The notes below the pieces were generated by a model, which was not told the DNA's origin, did no database searches, and saw only the letters and a program-made list of their open reading frames with translations. Shown here piece by piece: positions 49,623-59,736 of a stretch of 64,000 nucleotides of DNA. The position numbers were made by a program, and so were the translations under genes. The stretch's first letter is position 1. Every line of letters starts with the position of its first letter. The stretch lies in contig CAXWPJ010000009.1 in assembly GCA_963664115.2 (NCBI GenBank), forward strand, positions 192,001 through 256,000, given 5' to 3'. This DNA comes from Terriglobia bacterium (GTDB lineage: Bacteria; Acidobacteriota; Terriglobia; 20CM-2-55-15).

Positions 49623-50489
49623 TTATGCGACCTGCTTCATCCATGCCACACATTCCGCCAGTTTCGTCGACATGATGTCGGCCCGAAAATGGGCCGGCCG
49701 CCCGTGCCCGGGCAGCACCCACTCGAAGCGGTAACCGGTGAGTTCGGCCATCGACTTGATGGTTTCAGGCCAGGAGTACCAGTTTTGTTCGCGGAATGCT
49801 ACCAACTGTTCGTATCGGGGTGACCAGGCCAGATGATCTCCGGTGAACAGGAACTGGTCTTTGTAGTGCAGCACGACATGACCGCGGGTATGGCCCGGCG
49901 TAGGAACAGCCGTAAGGTCCTCGCCCAATGCAACCGGCGCCCTCCCTTCCAGAACGCGTTCAGCAGGCACCACGCGCCCCTCATTGCGGTGAATGACGCG
50001 ATCACAGCCGAAATAATCGTGGAACTTGTCATGATCGGCGACATCGTCCCGGTGGGTGAGAAACATCATGGAGATCCCTCCTAATTCGTTGATTCCTTGG
50101 GCCAGGGATGATGTGAATCGAGGTGAATCGATCAGGACGTTTCCCTCCGGACGTACGATCAAATAGCTCGAAGCGCCGTAAGAGTGTCTGGATGCGAAGC
50201 CACAGAAGTAGACGCCATCTTCAATTTCTTTGGGAAAGGAGCGAATCGCGGCCTTGAGATCAGTCGTTTCGCGAGTGCCAATCGAGCCCGTCGGGCAGGC
50301 AACGAGAGCCATCTGAGCCTGAAGTGTTTGCGCGCCGCACTCAGGTTGTAAAGAAACAACGGACTGACCTGCTTGGGCAACGAACGTGTCCGGAGCGATT
50401 TGACGGCAGAGGTCGCAGTCGATACACGTATCGTCGACGAAGAAGTTTCCTCCTACGTTGCCGTCCAGTGCTCTGTTAACGTCAGCCAT
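49623..50489 (-). CDS. Ferredoxin-MBL-fold hydrolase fusion
   Basis: CIDCDLC...CP, then THRDDVADH, TPGHT, FTGDH, LPGHG. Confidence 0.9.
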   Translation of the reverse strand: MADVNRALDGNVGGNFFVDDTCIDCDLCRQIAPDTFVAQAGQSVVSLQPECGAQTLQAQMALVACPTGSIGTRETTDLKAAIRSFPKEIEDGVYFCGFASRHSYGASSYLIVRPEGNVLIDSPRFTSSLAQGINELGGISMMFLTHRDDVADHDKFHDYFGCDRVIHRNEGRVVPAERVLEGRAPVALGEDLTAVPTPGHTRGHVVLHYKDQFLFTGDHLAWSPRYEQLVAFREQNWYSWPETIKSMAELTGYRFEWVLPGHGRPAHFRADIMSTKLAECVAWMKQVA

Positions 50490-51717
50490 GCTCGGGACTC
50501 TCACCTAATTTCGCGAAATCCGTGCCGGACGGCGCTTGGAAAACACTCAATCCAAACTCATGGACGATGGAGAATATGTGGTCGAAGATATCGGATTGGA
50601 TCCCTTCATATTCCACCCAATCTGTTACGTTCGTGAACACGTACAATTCGATCGGGAGTCCTTCAGAGGTGGGAGCGAGTTGCCGCACGATCAGCGTCAT
50701 ATCTTTATGAATTTTTGGATGCTGCTTCAAATAGGCGACCAGATAAGCACGCAGCGTGCCCACATTGGTCAACCTGCGTGAATTCACGATCAGGCTCGGA
50801 TCGCCGGCAAATAACCTATTGAAATCAGTCATTTCCCGCCGCTTCTCACGGACATAGTCTCGCAAGACCGCAAAGTTTTCGAGTCTGTCAAGGTCTTCCT
50901 CCTTCAGAAAACGGATCGAATTCGCGTCGATGTAGAACGACCGCTTGATGCGGCGGCCGCCCGACTCCTGCATACCGCGCCAGTTCTTGAAGGCCTGCTC
51001 GATCAGCTTGTGGGTGGGTACGGCCGTAATTGTCTTGTCGAAGTTCTGAATCTTGACCGTATGAAGGCTCAACTCGATTACGTCGCCGTCCGCCCCGTAC
51101 TGGGGCATTTCGATCCAGTCTCCGACGCGGACCATGTCGTAGCTGGCCATCTGGAGGCTGGCAACGAAAGAGAGAATCGTGTCCTTGAAAACCAGCAACA
51201 GGACGGCGGTAATCGCACCGATCCCGCTCAACAAAAGCAGTGGGGATTGTCCGGTCAGTGTTGCGATGAAAAGGACGATTCCGATGACGTAGATGGCAAT
51301 CTTGGTAACCTGAACATAGGCTTCGATCGGCCGGTCCCGGGCGATCGAACTCGTTGCATAGGTTTTTCCAGCAGCGGAGAGGAACGCGGCGAGAGACGAA
51401 ACGCCGATAAGCACCATGGCCGCTCCGGCTGCCCGTTGAACCAGTATGTCTACAGCAGCGGGTACGTCGGGTACGAACTGGATCCCGAAATAGATGGTCA
51501 ACGCTGGCGCCAGATGTGCCACCCGACCAAATACATTGAACTCGAGCAGTACGTCGTCGAACTGGGAGGAAGTGCTGCGGGCTACACGCGTGATCGTGGA
51601 CAGAATAACGCTCTTGCTGATACGGTCCACGAGGTAAGCAAGCAGTAGCACCGCCAGCAAACCGATAGCCGTAGCGACGATCGGATATTGGTTCAGAAAT
51701 TCCAGCGCGCTCGACAT
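50482..51717 (-). CDS. MscS-family (YbdG-like) mechanosensitive channel
   Basis: VFKDTI, GDWIEMPQYGADGDV, FKNWRGM..SGGRRIKR, YEGIQSDIFDH. Confidence 0.93.
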   Translation of the reverse strand: MSSALEFLNQYPIVATAIGLLAVLLLAYLVDRISKSVILSTITRVARSTSSQFDDVLLEFNVFGRVAHLAPALTIYFGIQFVPDVPAAVDILVQRAAGAAMVLIGVSSLAAFLSAAGKTYATSSIARDRPIEAYVQVTKIAIYVIGIVLFIATLTGQSPLLLLSGIGAITAVLLLVFKDTILSFVASLQMASYDMVRVGDWIEMPQYGADGDVIELSLHTVKIQNFDKTITAVPTHKLIEQAFKNWRGMQESGGRRIKRSFYIDANSIRFLKEEDLDRLENFAVLRDYVREKRREMTDFNRLFAGDPSLIVNSRRLTNVGTLRAYLVAYLKQHPKIHKDMTLIVRQLAPTSEGLPIELYVFTNVTDWVEYEGIQSDIFDHIFSIVHEFGLSVFQAPSGTDFAKLGESPEHG

Positions 51718-52010
51718 GCCGTCATCTTACACGGATTTCGTCCGAGAGACGCAATGACGCGAAACTTCCAATTTTCCTTAACTCTACCGCCCTCTGCACC
51801 TTGGCGTCTCTGCATACGATTTTCCGCGTGACCGTCAGGACGGGGCTCAATTGGCGTTTCGGGGAACCGGCCCTCGGATCGTGAACGTAGAACCGGAAAT
51901 GACTTTGCTCCCTACGGTTACGGTGTGTCGGGGGAAGTCTCGTGAGGACGGGATGACAGCGACGGAGAGTCAGGGAACTACGAATCGATTGATCTTGTAG
52001 ATGCTGGTCT

Positions 52011-53792
52011 TCAGCGAGCGCTTGCCGATCGATCCTGGGGGTTTTTCTTGAGTTGCGATTTCAGACGGTACATGCGTCGGTCGGCAACGGCAGTAACGTC
52101 GCTTAATGTGCATCCATCTTCGGGGGCCGTCGCGATACCCCAGCTCACACCAAAACCCAATTCGCGATAGGGCTCGAACTCGGAATCTTCCTTGACGAGT
52201 CGCTGCAGCTCCCGCACGGCACGACGGACTTCAAATGCTGATCCCTCGCTTGCGACAAGAAATTCGTCGCCGCCGAGTCTGCAGGTAATATCGGTTGATG
52301 GAAATACGGACTTCAAGTGAGACGCCAGACGCACCAGTACATCGTCCCCAGCCCGGTGTCCAAACCTGTCGTTAACAGCTTTGAAGGAATCCAGGTCGAA
52401 CAGGACGATCGAAAACGATTCTCCCGGGTAGTCCTTGAACGCTCGCTCCAGAGCACGCCGATTGGCCAGGCCCGTCAATCGGTCAGAAATCGCGTCCTGG
52501 TATGCGACTTCGATCATACGGGTCTTGTGGAGGCCTCCAGCAATACGTTCGGCAGTCGCTGTCACACGCCGAACATCGTCGTCACCGAACACCGCCTCGC
52601 GGTACACCGACAAAACAGCCAGAACAGAGCCATCAAACACAACAGGGGCTGAGACGACACGCGCCCCTTCGTATCGTCCGGCATCCACGATGAGGTTCAC
52701 GCAGGGGCTCTGCTCGGCCGCAACCCATCCGGACACACCTGCGCCGAACTGGAGAACAGTGACTTCTTCTTCGTTCTCAAAATGTGAAACCAATTGATCT
52801 CCGTATACAGACCATAAGACAGCCTTCGAGGACGGAATGAGATTCTCGAGCATCCGGGTTGCCTCCAATGCGATCTCCTGCACAGAGGACGAACCGCTGA
52901 TCGCTTCGGAGAGGGTACCCAGGACGTGGACTTCCGATGCCGCTCTCTCGATGTCGGAATACGCGTTTGGCCTGTAGTCTGGGTTGTCCTCACGTGAGAC
53001 CTCGCCGGTGACGTTCAGATGGATCCGTTTCCAGTGAGCCACGATGTCCGGATCAAAGATGCTGCCTGCCCCATTCTCCAGCATGGCCATCGCCTGATCG
53101 GCAGTCACCGCAAAGTTGCCATGACGGGACATGAAGCTTTCATAAGAATCCACGATTGCTACCAACCGGGCGGCAACGGGAATCGACTCTCGTCGCAGCC
53201 CTGCGGGATAACCGGAACCGTCATAGCGTTCATGATGGCATCGAACGGCTTCAGACACGGGGTAGGGAAACTTGATGTTGGAAATGATGTCCGCCCCCAC
53301 TTGGGGATGAAGACGCATCTTCGCCATCTCTTCAGGCGTCAGGGATCCCTTTTTCCTCAGGATATAGTCGGGAACGGCCAGTTTCCCGATGTCGTGTAAC
53401 AGAGCCGCAGCAGCTATCCCGTCGACTTCGTCGTCATCCATTTTCATCGCCCGGGCCAAGGCCCTGGCGTATGCCTGCACTCTAATCGCATGTCCCTGGT
53501 GCTGATCTTTCGCATCGATCGCGAGTACAAACGTCCGCAGCGTCGACTCGTTTAGCTGGGCCATGTTTTCGGCATGACGCGTCTTGCTTTCAAGTTGTTC
53601 GGTGTAGGCGCGATGCGCGCGAACGTTCAAGTAGAGCAGTGGAAACAGGGGCACCACTGCGCCCAGCGCTGCATATCCCAGCCTGGCATCGTAAACGAGT
53701 GCGCCAACTCCCACGGGGAGTCCCATAGCCACACAAAGCAGGACTACGGCGCGGACCAGGGACAGTTTGGATTGTGCGGGGTCTTTTCTCAA
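52011..53792 (-). CDS. Membrane-anchored HD-GYP / GAF / GGDEF protein
   Basis: Two TM helices, LHDIGK, HHERYDGSGYP, GAF-like middle, FDLDSFKAVND, RLGGDEF. Confidence 0.92.
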   Translation of the reverse strand: MRKDPAQSKLSLVRAVVLLCVAMGLPVGVGALVYDARLGYAALGAVVPLFPLLYLNVRAHRAYTEQLESKTRHAENMAQLNESTLRTFVLAIDAKDQHQGHAIRVQAYARALARAMKMDDDEVDGIAAAALLHDIGKLAVPDYILRKKGSLTPEEMAKMRLHPQVGADIISNIKFPYPVSEAVRCHHERYDGSGYPAGLRRESIPVAARLVAIVDSYESFMSRHGNFAVTADQAMAMLENGAGSIFDPDIVAHWKRIHLNVTGEVSREDNPDYRPNAYSDIERAASEVHVLGTLSEAISGSSSVQEIALEATRMLENLIPSSKAVLWSVYGDQLVSHFENEEEVTVLQFGAGVSGWVAAEQSPCVNLIVDAGRYEGARVVSAPVVFDGSVLAVLSVYREAVFGDDDVRRVTATAERIAGGLHKTRMIEVAYQDAISDRLTGLANRRALERAFKDYPGESFSIVLFDLDSFKAVNDRFGHRAGDDVLVRLASHLKSVFPSTDITCRLGGDEFLVASEGSAFEVRRAVRELQRLVKEDSEFEPYRELGFGVSWGIATAPEDGCTLSDVTAVADRRMYRLKSQLKKNPQDRSASAR

Positions 53793-53941
53793 GGCCGACT
53801 AGTCTCCCATCCTCTAACTCATCGGCCGGATACGGTCCTCCCTACACCGCACAAAAGAATTCTCAAGTTTTTCCTGTTCTTGCCGATGAGAGCTAGTGAA
53901 GGCGGAAAAACCGATCCACAACCCGATCACTGGAGTTGCGA

Positions 53942-54535
53942 ATGTCGACGATCATTGAAGAATTGAAAATCGAGGGCATCCAGGCACAGACCGGCGCCTT
54001 TGCCAACCTGTTACGTATGAGGGACCGAAGCGTCGGCATGCACAGCGAACGCATTGCGTCGCTGGCCCGAAACGTCGCCAAGCGCTGTGAGTTGTCGTCT
54101 CAAGAGACACGTCTTGTCGAAACTGCTTCGCATCTCCACGATCTCGGAACCATCGCAATCCCGGATCCGATCCTTCACAAACCGGGGACCCTCAGCATTG
54201 AAGAGCGCGACATCATGCAAAGTCACGCCCAGTTCGGATACGATGCACTCCAACAAACGGAAAACTTCAGGCAGGTGGCTGATATGGTGTTACACCACCA
54301 CGAGTGGTATGACGGCTCGGGTTATCCAAATGGTCTCGGGGGTGATGACATACCCTTTGGTTCCCGCGTCATTGCCGTGCTCGACGCATACGACGCGATG
54401 ATCAATGATCGGCCCTACCGCCGTTCTCGAACGACAAGGGAAGCCGCTGAGGAGCTAATTCTGGGAAAGGGCACTCAGTTTGACCCGGAAGTCGTGGACG
54501 CAGTGCTGGAAGCTATCAAGTTCGGGGTTCACTAG
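53942..54535 (+). CDS. Stand-alone HD-GYP phosphodiesterase
   Basis: HSERI, LHDLG, HHEWYDGSGYP, DRPYR, QFDP. Confidence 0.92.
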   Translation: MSTIIEELKIEGIQAQTGAFANLLRMRDRSVGMHSERIASLARNVAKRCELSSQETRLVETASHLHDLGTIAIPDPILHKPGTLSIEERDIMQSHAQFGYDALQQTENFRQVADMVLHHHEWYDGSGYPNGLGGDDIPFGSRVIAVLDAYDAMINDRPYRRSRTTREAAEELILGKGTQFDPEVVDAVLEAIKFGVH

Positions 54536-54540
54536 AAGGA

Positions 54541-54605
54541 AGTTAAGAATTAGGAGTGACGAATCAGGAGATCAACCTTCAATTCATAACTGTTAGCTCT
54601 TAACT
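54541..54605. repeat. Inverted array of degenerate heptamers (AGTTAAG-like)
   Basis: AGTTAAG AATTAGG AGTGACG AATCAGG ... TTCAATT CATAACT GTTAGCT CTTAACT between convergent genes. Confidence 0.7.
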
Positions 54606-54673
54606 CGTTTCTCCGCATCTCAGCCTGTCAAAAAGTTAGGAGAATCGGATCGGGGAATTCATTCCTCCACTCA

Positions 54674-56194
54674 TCACTTGTTACCGTCAACTTCTACTTC
54701 TCTCGACTCAGGATCATTTTCTTTCGAAATTTTCTTTGTCGTTTTCCGCGTGGCCTTCTTTTTTGCCGCTGTCGTCTTCTTCGTTGCGGTTGTTTTCTTC
54801 TTCGTCTTCGTCTTTTTCTTCGTTACGGCTTTCTTGGTAGTTTTCGTGCTCTTGGGTTTAGTCCCAATGGCCGCGGCTTCGACCTCCCCCACGCTCGTCT
54901 CCGCTACGACCTGAGGCTCATCATCACGCGCAGCAGGCTCTGTCGCGCTTGAGGTCGCTGCCCCTGCTCTCGAAAGCTCCTCCGATGACGGATCACCGTT
55001 CGCGACCGGCCGCTCTAACTCTTCACCCGGAAAAATTCGAAGGACTCCCTGACGATTCCGCTCAAGGCGCAGCACCCCAGCCTTCTGCACCTGGCGTAGC
55101 GCGTCCAGGAGACCCGAAAAGCCATACGCCTTTTCGTCGAAATCCGGTTCGGACGCTTTTATGAATTGCTTGACCCCACGGACGTACATGGGCCACTTCA
55201 AGGGCGCTTCCGCTTTCTCGAACACGGACCGGATCAACTGGACTCCTTCCTCAGTTCTAGGGGAAGCAGTGTCTGGGGTTTCTTCCGATTCGGCTGCTCG
55301 AGGACTTCTACTGCGGGAGGCTCGGGGACTCGCGTCATCATTCTTAGATTCGGACGCGGCCGCTTGAGGGCCTCGACTGCGGGGACTCCCAGCTTTTTTG
55401 GTGTCGTCCGCAGCTTCCGGGCCGGCTTCTTCGCTAAACTCTTCGTTCAACTCAACGAGGAGACTGCGGTCCACTTGCCTCAAGCTGACGACGCCGGTTC
55501 GCGCCAGTTTCTCAATGAAGTGACGGAACGTAGTTGTGCCATAGTCGCGCTCTGTAAACGTCGAGTCCAATTGCAACAAAGTGCTCTTAAGCAGTCCGAG
55601 CTGCGGGGAAACCTCACGGTCGCTCAAAACTTTGAGCGCCCTGCGGATCAAAGGCACGGCTTTATCGACGGGTGTCTCGCTCATTGATCGCGAACGGCCC
55701 ACGGACCGTCGTCCCGAATTCTGAGATCGGATGAGATTTTCGTAGGCAACGAACTCGTGGCAGTTCCTCTGCATGATACCGCTGGTGAACCCGCGTCCAC
55801 CGACAACGAAGACCTTCTTGTCGTACTGCTTCAATTTTTCGACCAGTGTGATGAAATCACTGTCGCCACTGACGATGACAAACGCGTTGATATGGTCACG
55901 CGTAAACGCCATTTCTAATGCGTCAAGGGCCAGATTGATATCGGCACCGTTCTTGTCCCCTCCAGGTGTCATATTCCGCTGAACCATGTGAATCGCATGC
56001 TGACCCATGGTCCGGCCATAATCACCCGACCGCTTCCAATCTCCGTAAGCGATTTTCGTTACGATTTCGCCGCGTTCCTTTATCGCCTCAAGCACCGCCG
56101 CGATATCAAACTTTCGATTCAGTGTGTTCCGGACCCCGATCTCAATGTTGTCGAAGTCTACAAACACAGCAATTTTCAATCGATCTTCTGCCAA
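54674..56194 (-). CDS. NYN-domain ribonuclease with two LOTUS/OST-HTH domains and a Lys-rich tail
   Basis: FVDFDN, KNGADI, SGDSDF, F.ERDYG..F and FDEKAYGF motifs. TTG start with AAGGAG SD. Confidence 0.92.
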   Translation of the reverse strand: MAEDRLKIAVFVDFDNIEIGVRNTLNRKFDIAAVLEAIKERGEIVTKIAYGDWKRSGDYGRTMGQHAIHMVQRNMTPGGDKNGADINLALDALEMAFTRDHINAFVIVSGDSDFITLVEKLKQYDKKVFVVGGRGFTSGIMQRNCHEFVAYENLIRSQNSGRRSVGRSRSMSETPVDKAVPLIRRALKVLSDREVSPQLGLLKSTLLQLDSTFTERDYGTTTFRHFIEKLARTGVVSLRQVDRSLLVELNEEFSEEAGPEAADDTKKAGSPRSRGPQAAASESKNDDASPRASRSRSPRAAESEETPDTASPRTEEGVQLIRSVFEKAEAPLKWPMYVRGVKQFIKASEPDFDEKAYGFSGLLDALRQVQKAGVLRLERNRQGVLRIFPGEELERPVANGDPSSEELSRAGAATSSATEPAARDDEPQVVAETSVGEVEAAAIGTKPKSTKTTKKAVTKKKTKTKKKTTATKKTTAAKKKATRKTTKKISKENDPESREVEVDGNK

Positions 56195-56356
56195 ATTCTC
56201 TCCTTGGCATCTGCCATTCGATTAATCAAACTCAAGTCCGGTTCGTCGCCGGACAAGGGTAAGACAGATGGTGTGAAATTACTGTCAACAAAAAGCCTAA
56301 TGCATCGGAAGGAACCGTGACAATGGCCGGCTCTCTTTCGCAGCCCTTTCGTATCG

Positions 56357-56821
56357 CTAGCGAAACAGATCGTCGAAGGCACTGCGTGCGGCTTTGGGTG
56401 TACTGGAATTGGCCCCGCCGCTGGAACTACTGGCGCTACCGGGAGATGAAGTTTCACGTTCCACCGAGGTACGCGCTTCAAAAAACTCACATCCGTTTCG
56501 CTTATCCTTCGCCGCGACCCGCTCCGGGATCGCCTGGGTACATTCAAATTGAGCGCCGGTATCGAAATGCCGGCAGTGTTTGCAACTCCGAAGATCACAA
56601 CCGCATTTTGAGCACCGACTCTCTGCCCTGATTTCGGTGAGAGCCGGTATGATATTGCCGCACATCGAGCAACGCATCACTTCCTGAAATCCGGGCATTC
56701 GAGGCGACCGGGGGCCCTCGGACGACCGTCCCGGTTGCTGCCGCGGTCCCTGCTCCCGTGGCCCTGGCTTTCGCTCCTTGCCAGCTTCGTGATAACCCTG
56801 CTGTTTATACTTGCGTCCCAT
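56357..56821 (-). CDS. Hypothetical Cys-rich (zinc-finger) protein
   Basis: CSMC, CSKC, CKHC, C...C. Basic N-terminus. Confidence 0.8.
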   Translation of the reverse strand: MGRKYKQQGYHEAGKERKPGPREQGPRQQPGRSSEGPRSPRMPGFQEVMRCSMCGNIIPALTEIRAESRCSKCGCDLRSCKHCRHFDTGAQFECTQAIPERVAAKDKRNGCEFFEARTSVERETSSPGSASSSSGGANSSTPKAARSAFDDLFR

Positions 56822-57057
56822 GGACTCCTTCTGGAGATGTTTGGAAAAGTGTCAGCATTAAAGGGGTCAGCAAAGGGGATTCCCGCACATTATATCTCAG
56901 GGTCGGGGCCATTAAGATTAAGTTAGGAATTCGAAATTGGGATTCCGAGATGCTCGAAGCTGCCTGCCATTGGGCCTTGTTTCGAGGGGTTTGCTCCGTG
57001 CGCAATGGCAGCACGTCCCGTGGCCACGAAATTGATGTTGCCATCTCCCACTACACG

Positions 57058-59736
57058 CTATTTCAAAAGCTGACCCACGGCGTCCTTTAAAGCCTCGTTC
57101 AGGGATCTGTAATCATCAGAGGCATTGCTCCCGGCCTTCGGATGAATGGGATCTCCGATAGCGATCTCAACGGGATGCGCCCGAAGGCTCCCGCCACGGG
57201 GCCAGGCCTCGAAGGTGCCCCGTATACCTACCGGAACGATAGGTACGTTGAGCTCCACGGAAAGAATCGCCGCGCCTTTCTTGAACTCAGTTAAATTACC
57301 ATCAAAGCTTCGCTCACCCTCAGGAAAGACCAGAAGAATCCGGTTCCGTCGAATGCCAACGGCCGCGATCCGCATGGCGCGAGTCAGATTCGCGTTCGGA
57401 TCGACAGGCACAATGTTGACGCTGTTTGCAAGACGGCTCATGACAGGCCCCTCGAAATAATCGGAATATCCAAGGATGAAGATGTCCCGTATCACTCGGA
57501 AAGGGAGAACCGAACAGAGCAAAAACGGATCCAGATAGGACACATGGTTGGGACAGATTATAAAAGGTCCAGAGGCTGGAAGCTTTTCGAGCCCCCGCAC
57601 TTTCGTGCGGAATGGAAGCCTCGCGATCGCTCCAAACAGGCGTATCGCCGGAAATCCGAAAAACGTGAGGCTGCGGCGGGACTCCCGGATATATTGACGC
57701 GCAAGATCCTCGTCCCCATCGGCCGTCAGTTTCTCTTTCCAACCCCGCGGCCCGGTATCGGCGATGCGTCCGGCGTCTTCAAGGGCCTGGACAAGCTCTC
57801 CAATCGTGAGGATTTGATTCAATCTGTCTTCGGGAATCTCGACACTCAAATCGGCCTCGATCTCCGCCAGAAGTTCGACCCGGCCCAATGAATCGAAACC
57901 CAGATCGAGATCGAAATTCATGTCGGGCTCCAACGCACCCAGATCCGGCTTTGCCACATGAATAGCCTTGGCCACCGCCTTCCCTATTCCTTCCCTCAAT
58001 TGCCCATGATCTGCGGTCAATCCCGTGGGACTCGTTTCGGATCGAGTCCGGGCCGTTTCTTCTGCATAGATCTGGAACCTCTTGAGCTTGCGCGTCACCG
58101 TGCGCGGCAGTGCTTCGTTCCGGACCGTAAGTGAATGGACGCGCATAAAGGAGGCCAATTCTTTCGACCGATTCTCAAGTTCGTAGCGGATCATATCGGC
58201 AATCGCCGTCTGATTGCGTTTCCGAAACTCATCCAGGTCAGGGACCACCACCGAGTGGAGAGTGTCTCCGGGGCCTGTGGTGTCGGGCATCCCCATCACG
58301 CACATTTCTTTAATAAAGGGACACTTTTCGTAGTGCTCCTCGACCTCTTCCGGATATATGTTCTTCCCGCTTGCCAGAACGATGACGTCCTTACTGCGAC
58401 CGGTGAGAGTCAGGTTGCCGTCGTCGTCCAACTGCCCGAGATCCCCGGTGTACAGCCATCCGTTCCGAACGGCCTGGTCTGTAGCTTCCAGATCACGATA
58501 ATAGCCTTGCATCAGAACGCCGCCCGCTACACACACTTCGCCAATACCCGCATCGTTGGGACTGTCGATGCGGACGCTAACGCCTCTGAGAGGAACCCCG
58601 ACGGTTCCAGTCGCTTGCCAGCCCGCGGGTGTCATCGTAGCTGCAGCGCTGGTTTCCGTCAGTCCGTAGGCCTGTACCATGGTGTAGCCAAGCGCCTGGA
58701 AGTCCTCAGCCACGCGAGGTTCAAAGCGTGACCCTCCTGTGATCAACAGGTCCAGTTCTGAACCGATGGATTGGTGAATCCTGGAAAAGAGCCTGCGGCT
58801 GAGCCGTGAACTTTTCACGGTGCGCGAAAGACTCATCAAGACACCGAAAAGCTTCCGCTGTGTCCACGGAAGCTCCGCGACCTGAGCGAAGATCCTCTTG
58901 TGCACGGCGTAAAAAAACTGGGGCACACAAACAAAGAAAGTGATTCGATGGCGCTTGAAGGCTTCAACAATGCGCTGGGGAGAAATCGCCGTCAGGAAGA
59001 CCACCCCACAGCCAGCGGCAAGAGCTCCCAGAGCGTTGGCGACAAGCGGCAGCACATGCGAGAAGGGCAGTACGGACAGCATCCGGTGATCGGGCGACAA
59101 TTCGAGCAATTCCAGGATCCCATAAATATCCTGCGATATACCACGGGCGGGTATACGTACGCCTTTCGGGTCACCAGTCGTTCCGGAGGTGTACATCAAC
59201 ACTGCCGTGCCATCGGGTGAGTGGGACGGTGACCACTCGGCATCATCCCCTTTCTTGAGAAATGATTCCCAGTCCTGGACCGCATCGTCGCTCGCGGTCG
59301 CGACAATGGGAACCTCCCCTCCATCCAGAGCCTCCAGCGTCGTGGTCAGATTCGATCCGTCCGTAAACACCAAACTGCATTCTGCGTGGTCCACGAGCCT
59401 CCGAACAGATGATGCCGGTAGAAGCGTGGATAGCGGCACCCCGACGCCTCCGATCCGCAAAACCCCGAGCAGCGCGAACACCCACTGAGGGCTGTTGTCC
59501 ATCAGTATTCCAACCCGGCTGCCCGCACCGATTCCGGTCGCGGCCAGACTCGCGGCTATCCGGTGAGACTGCTCGGACACCTCACGGTAGGAGTACTCTT
59601 CAACGCGATCGGTGTGGTCCACCGCAAATGCGAAACGGGTGGGCTCTTTCTGCGTCCATTCGTCAAATTTCTCCAGAAACCATGTGTCAGAAATTGGGCG
59701 GGCGGGCTCACCGGAAACTTCAGTTCGGATAGTCAT
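57058..59736 (-). CDS. Acyl-activating (AMP-binding) - carrier protein - PlsC acyltransferase fusion
   Basis: YTSGTTGDPKG, YGLTET, DLGFDSL (phosphopantetheine Ser), NHVSYLD, FPEGER. Confidence 0.93.
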   Translation of the reverse strand: MTIRTEVSGEPARPISDTWFLEKFDEWTQKEPTRFAFAVDHTDRVEEYSYREVSEQSHRIAASLAATGIGAGSRVGILMDNSPQWVFALLGVLRIGGVGVPLSTLLPASSVRRLVDHAECSLVFTDGSNLTTTLEALDGGEVPIVATASDDAVQDWESFLKKGDDAEWSPSHSPDGTAVLMYTSGTTGDPKGVRIPARGISQDIYGILELLELSPDHRMLSVLPFSHVLPLVANALGALAAGCGVVFLTAISPQRIVEAFKRHRITFFVCVPQFFYAVHKRIFAQVAELPWTQRKLFGVLMSLSRTVKSSRLSRRLFSRIHQSIGSELDLLITGGSRFEPRVAEDFQALGYTMVQAYGLTETSAAATMTPAGWQATGTVGVPLRGVSVRIDSPNDAGIGEVCVAGGVLMQGYYRDLEATDQAVRNGWLYTGDLGQLDDDGNLTLTGRSKDVIVLASGKNIYPEEVEEHYEKCPFIKEMCVMGMPDTTGPGDTLHSVVVPDLDEFRKRNQTAIADMIRYELENRSKELASFMRVHSLTVRNEALPRTVTRKLKRFQIYAEETARTRSETSPTGLTADHGQLREGIGKAVAKAIHVAKPDLGALEPDMNFDLDLGFDSLGRVELLAEIEADLSVEIPEDRLNQILTIGELVQALEDAGRIADTGPRGWKEKLTADGDEDLARQYIRESRRSLTFFGFPAIRLFGAIARLPFRTKVRGLEKLPASGPFIICPNHVSYLDPFLLCSVLPFRVIRDIFILGYSDYFEGPVMSRLANSVNIVPVDPNANLTRAMRIAAVGIRRNRILLVFPEGERSFDGNLTEFKKGAAILSVELNVPIVPVGIRGTFEAWPRGGSLRAHPVEIAIGDPIHPKAGSNASDDYRSLNEALKDAVGQLLK

